Below are positions 61,102-64,000 of a DNA stretch of 64,000 nucleotides, in pieces. This DNA is from an uncultured Chloroflexia bacterium. GTDB lineage: Bacteria > Chloroflexota > Limnocylindria > Limnocylindrales > CSP1-4. The notes beneath the pieces were generated by a model, which had not been told where the DNA came from, ran no database searches, and saw nothing but the letters and a program-made list of their open reading frames with translations. Position 1 is the first letter of the stretch. Each line of letters begins with the position of its first letter. The position numbers and the translations under genes were made by a program. The stretch lies in the NCBI GenBank assembly GCA_963708015.1, contig OY970185.1, positions 211,984 to 275,983 of the forward strand. Reading direction: 5' to 3'.

Positions 61102-62244
61102 ATGGCAAACGCGGGCGACTCGCCGACCAGGCGCATTCCACTGGCCAGGCCAGACGTAGGCGAGCGGGAACTCGAACTCGTTACCCAGGTTCTCCAAAGC
61201 GACATCCTGGCGTTGGGGCCGTTTGCGCCACGTTTCGAGGAGGCCATCGCCGCAGCCGTCGGCCGCCGTGAGGCGATCGCCTGTTCGAGTGGAACCGCGG
61301 GGCTGCACATGGGCGTCCGGGCCCTCGGGATCGGCGATGGTGACGAGGTCCTGACGACGCCGTTCAGCTTCGTCGCGTCGTCGAACTGCCTCCTGTACGA
61401 GCGGGCCATCCCGCGTTTCGTCGATATCGAAGAGGACAGCCTCGGGATGGATCCTGACCAGGTTGCGTCTGCGATCAATCCTCGGACGAAGGCGATTCTG
61501 CCGGTCCATGTCTTCGGCCGCCCGTGCCGGATAGAGGACCTCTCGGCGACGGCCAGGGAGCACGGCTGGTCCATCCTAGAGGACTCCTGCGAAGGATTGG
61601 GGTCCTCTGTCGGCGAACGGGCGGTGGGCAGCTTCGGGGACATCGCCGTCTTTGCCTTCTATCCAAACAAGCAGATCACGACCGGCGAGGGGGGAATGGT
61701 CGTCACCGACGACCCTTCCCTGGCCGAGGCGATGCGGAGCATGCGCAACCAGGGCCGCGACGCGGATGGAACCTGGCTGCGCCACGTCCGACTCGGGTTC
61801 AACTATCGGCTCGACGAGCTGTCAGCCGCCCTCGGTGTTGCCCAGATGGCGCGACTGGCCGAGCTGCGAGCAGGACGGGCGCGGGTCGTCGCGGCGTACG
61901 AACGTGCACTGAGAGGCAAAGACTGGGTCACCCTCCCTGCTCCGGGTGAGCGAGAAACCGTCGACTGGTTCGTGTACGTGGTGCGCTTCGATCCGGAGAT
62001 CAACCGCGACGCGATGATCGACCTCCTGGCCTCGCACGGGGTCGCCTCGCGGCCGTATTTCAGCCCGATCCATCTTCAGCCGTTCTACCGGGAGACGTTC
62101 GGGTTCAAGCCGGGCGACTTCCCGGTGACCGAACGGGTCGCCGCCTCGACCTTGGCGCTCCCGTTTTCAAGTCGGCTGACCGACGGCGAGATCCAATATG
62201 TGGCTGACGTCCTTTCCGAGTCGGTGAATGCCGCCCTCAGGTGA
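61102..62244 (+). CDS. DegT/DnrJ/EryC1/StrS family PLP-dependent sugar aminotransferase
   Basis: 380 aa; contains ...FSFVASSN..., the PLP-Lys region AFYPNKQITTGEGGMVVT, and GFNYRLDEL. Confidence 0.9.
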   Translation: MANAGDSPTRRIPLARPDVGERELELVTQVLQSDILALGPFAPRFEEAIAAAVGRREAIACSSGTAGLHMGVRALGIGDGDEVLTTPFSFVASSNCLLYERAIPRFVDIEEDSLGMDPDQVASAINPRTKAILPVHVFGRPCRIEDLSATAREHGWSILEDSCEGLGSSVGERAVGSFGDIAVFAFYPNKQITTGEGGMVVTDDPSLAEAMRSMRNQGRDADGTWLRHVRLGFNYRLDELSAALGVAQMARLAELRAGRARVVAAYERALRGKDWVTLPAPGERETVDWFVYVVRFDPEINRDAMIDLLASHGVASRPYFSPIHLQPFYRETFGFKPGDFPVTERVAASTLALPFSSRLTDGEIQYVADVLSESVNAALR

Positions 62245-63520
62245 CACCGGGAACTCGGCTCGACGACGGATCTGGATCGTCAACCACTATGCAGACGCTC
62301 CGGACCGCGCGAACGGCACCCGACACTTCGATCTGGCCAGGCGCCTCTCAACCAGCGGCTTCGACGTCACGATCATCGCGTCTGGCTTCAGTCATGTAAC
62401 GGGCCGCGAAGAGCGACTTCGGTGGGGCCAGCTCTACCGAACGGAGCCGTTCGACGGCGTCCACTTCGTCTGGCTCCGGACCATCCCCTACCGAGGTAAC
62501 GGCTGGCGGCGGCAAGTCAACATGCTTTCCTTCGTGGCGTCTCTGCTCGTCGTCCAGACGCGATTGAAGGCGCCGGACGCCATCGTCGGCTCGACCGTCC
62601 ACCCATTTGCCGCCCTCGGCGCGTGGCTCGTCGCAAGAACTCGAGGCGCGCGCTACATCTTCGAGGTCCGCGACCTCTGGCCAGAGACGTTGGTCGACCT
62701 GGGAGCGCTGCGGGTGGGCTCGCCCGGGGAGCGCCTGTTGCGTGCGATCGAGGCGCTCCTCGTCCGGCGTGCAGCGGTTGTCGTCACTCTGCTTCCGGGT
62801 ATGCAGGACTACCTGGTCGAGCGGGGCCTTCCCCACGGTCACGTCCGCTACATCCCCAATGGCGTCGACCTCGAGGCCTTCGACGCCGCCGCAGCGGCAG
62901 AGAGTCAGCTGCCCGAGCTCACGACCTGCCTGTCCACGATCAGCCAGATGAAGCGTGACGGCCGAGTCGTCTTCGGATACCTGGGCGCACTCGGCCGAGT
63001 GAACGGGGTGAGCGAGATTATCCAAGCGGGCGTTCTTGCCGAAGCCCGGGCACCGGGCAAGGTCGGTGTCGTGATCGCCGGCGATGGTCCCCTCCGCGAT
63101 CAACTGACGGACCTGGCGCGGGATCACGGCTCCGTCGTCCTGGTTGGCCCCATCCCGAAACGCGTCGTGCCCCGGGTCCTGGCTGCCATTGATGCCGGGA
63201 TCGTCCACGCAACGGCCAATCCGGTCTATCGCTATGGGATCAGCTTCAACAAGCTTTTTGAGTATTTCGCAGCATCGCGCCCGGTCGTCTTCGCCTGCAC
63301 GAGCAACTACGACCCGGTGGCCAGCGCAGGCGCGGGTCTGTCCCTGCCCCCCGATGATCCCAGCACGTTGGCGAACGCGATGATCGAGCTTGCAGGGGCG
63401 AGTCCCGAGGCTCGCCGCCGAATGGGGAAAGCCGGCCGAGGCTGCGTCTCGAGCGATCACAACATCGCGACGCTGGCAACCATCTATGGCGAGGCGGTTT
63501 CCGGGATCAGTGACTCGTAG
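62228..63520 (+). CDS. glycosyltransferase family 4 (WbuB-like)
   Basis: An N-terminal IWIVNHYA motif and a C-terminal GT-B domain. Confidence 0.8.
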   Translation: MPPSGDTGNSARRRIWIVNHYADAPDRANGTRHFDLARRLSTSGFDVTIIASGFSHVTGREERLRWGQLYRTEPFDGVHFVWLRTIPYRGNGWRRQVNMLSFVASLLVVQTRLKAPDAIVGSTVHPFAALGAWLVARTRGARYIFEVRDLWPETLVDLGALRVGSPGERLLRAIEALLVRRAAVVVTLLPGMQDYLVERGLPHGHVRYIPNGVDLEAFDAAAAAESQLPELTTCLSTISQMKRDGRVVFGYLGALGRVNGVSEIIQAGVLAEARAPGKVGVVIAGDGPLRDQLTDLARDHGSVVLVGPIPKRVVPRVLAAIDAGIVHATANPVYRYGISFNKLFEYFAASRPVVFACTSNYDPVASAGAGLSLPPDDPSTLANAMIELAGASPEARRRMGKAGRGCVSSDHNIATLATIYGEAVSGISDS

Positions 63521-64000
63521 AGCTCAGTGAGGCGCGCCGATTCGGTCTCCCAGTTCCATCGATTGTGAGCGGCATCGAGACAACGCTGCCCCAGGGTGCG
63601 CTGCTCTTCGGCTGACCGGTCAATGATCGATCGGATCGCCTCGGCAATCGACGCCGGATCGACCGGATCGCAGGCGGCCCCAAGTGGGCCCGAAGGATCG
63701 GACAGGACGATCTTTCGCATCACCGGAAAGTCGCTCACGACGACTGGGACGCCGGCGGCCAGGCTTTCCCACAGCTTGTTCGGCGTACATAACCAGTGAT
63801 TCAGGCTTGAGTGCTGCAGTGGCATTGCGTCCACGTCGGCCCCCGCGACCCAACCAAGCAACTCGTCGGGCGAGACCGCCTCAAGCAGGTGCAGGCGTCC
63901 CGCCAAACCTGAGCCGTGCGGGTCGATCCCCAGGCGTTCGACATCCCCAAATCCAAGAAGGACCAGGTGGACGTCGGCCATCCCGGGCTCGTCGAGCGCG
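63484..64000 (-). CDS. glycosyltransferase (GT-B C-terminal domain); the 5' part lies beyond the window end
   Basis: ORF 63484..63981 reads ...NKLWESLAAGVPVVVSDFPVMRKIV...DPASIAEAIRSII..., typical of a GT1/GT4 C-terminal domain. The reading frame is open up to the window edge. Confidence 0.55.
   Translation of the reverse strand, partial: ALDEPGMADVHLVLLGFGDVERLGIDPHGSGLAGRLHLLEAVSPDELLGWVAGADVDAMPLQHSSLNHWLCTPNKLWESLAAGVPVVVSDFPVMRKIVLSDPSGPLGAACDPVDPASIAEAIRSIIDRSAEEQRTLGQRCLDAAHNRWNWETESARLTELYESLIPETASP

Overview
The window is about 70% GC, with dense overlapping genes and frequent GTG/TTG starts, and it encodes MurT/GatD, so it is most consistent with an Actinomycetota-like chromosome. 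From left to right it contains:

- **1-3.1 kb, minus strand:** a four-gene lipid-modification operon (SRPBCC protein, FAD amine-oxidase-like enzyme, DUF1365 protein, cyclopropane-fatty-acid-synthase-like methyltransferase) that resembles UfaM/UfaO/UfaD furan-fatty-acid loci.
- **3.1-5.1 kb:** an SDR oxidoreductase and a DUF4332 protein with a His-rich block.
- **5.2-8.7 kb:** an adenylate/guanylate cyclase of about 1170 aa (double zinc ribbon, cyclase, AAA, TPR) interrupted by one apparent frameshift.
- **8.8-33.6 kb:** a scattered purine-catabolism set. It comprises OHCU decarboxylase, HIU hydrolase, DUF3830, allantoinase, a three-subunit xanthine dehydrogenase, guanine deaminase, and a single 955-aa ORF that fuses urate oxidase to malate synthase A through a Pro/Glu-repeat linker.
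- **11.6-18.6 kb, minus strand:** one tightly coupled gene string: MurT, GatD (lipid II amidation), an NHL beta-propeller, a Kelch beta-propeller, a small membrane protein, ApbE flavin transferase, and a ferric-reductase-like membrane protein whose C-terminal domain carries an SGAT flavinylation motif.
- **25.9-33.6 kb:** a Tat-Rieske protein with a perfect 10-bp inverted repeat in its promoter, an SDR, a GDE-like glycosidase and an amidohydrolase.
- **33.6-36.2 kb:** a secreted GH25 muramidase with an FN3 domain and three tandem 128-133-aa repeats.
- **36.4-64 kb:** a polysaccharide (EPS/O-antigen-type) locus. It includes UDP-sugar dehydrogenase, a CapD-like 4,6-dehydratase, a DegT aminotransferase, an ATP-grasp enzyme, a HAD hydrolase, an epimerase, GT2 and GT4 transferases, Wzx, Wzz, an O-antigen-ligase/polymerase-like protein, a priming sugar transferase, and single and tandem alpha/beta hydrolases.
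- **42.7-48.6 kb, inside that locus:** five consecutive genes (GH2 beta-mannosidase-like, DUF1839, SerRS-like amino-acid:carrier-protein ligase, acyl carrier protein, acyl-CoA dehydrogenase) are each broken by frameshifts. This is either a decaying accessory cassette or a low-quality sequence patch.

No rRNA, CRISPR array or mobile element was recognised, and no tRNA-like sequence was noticed in the intergenic regions that were inspected.
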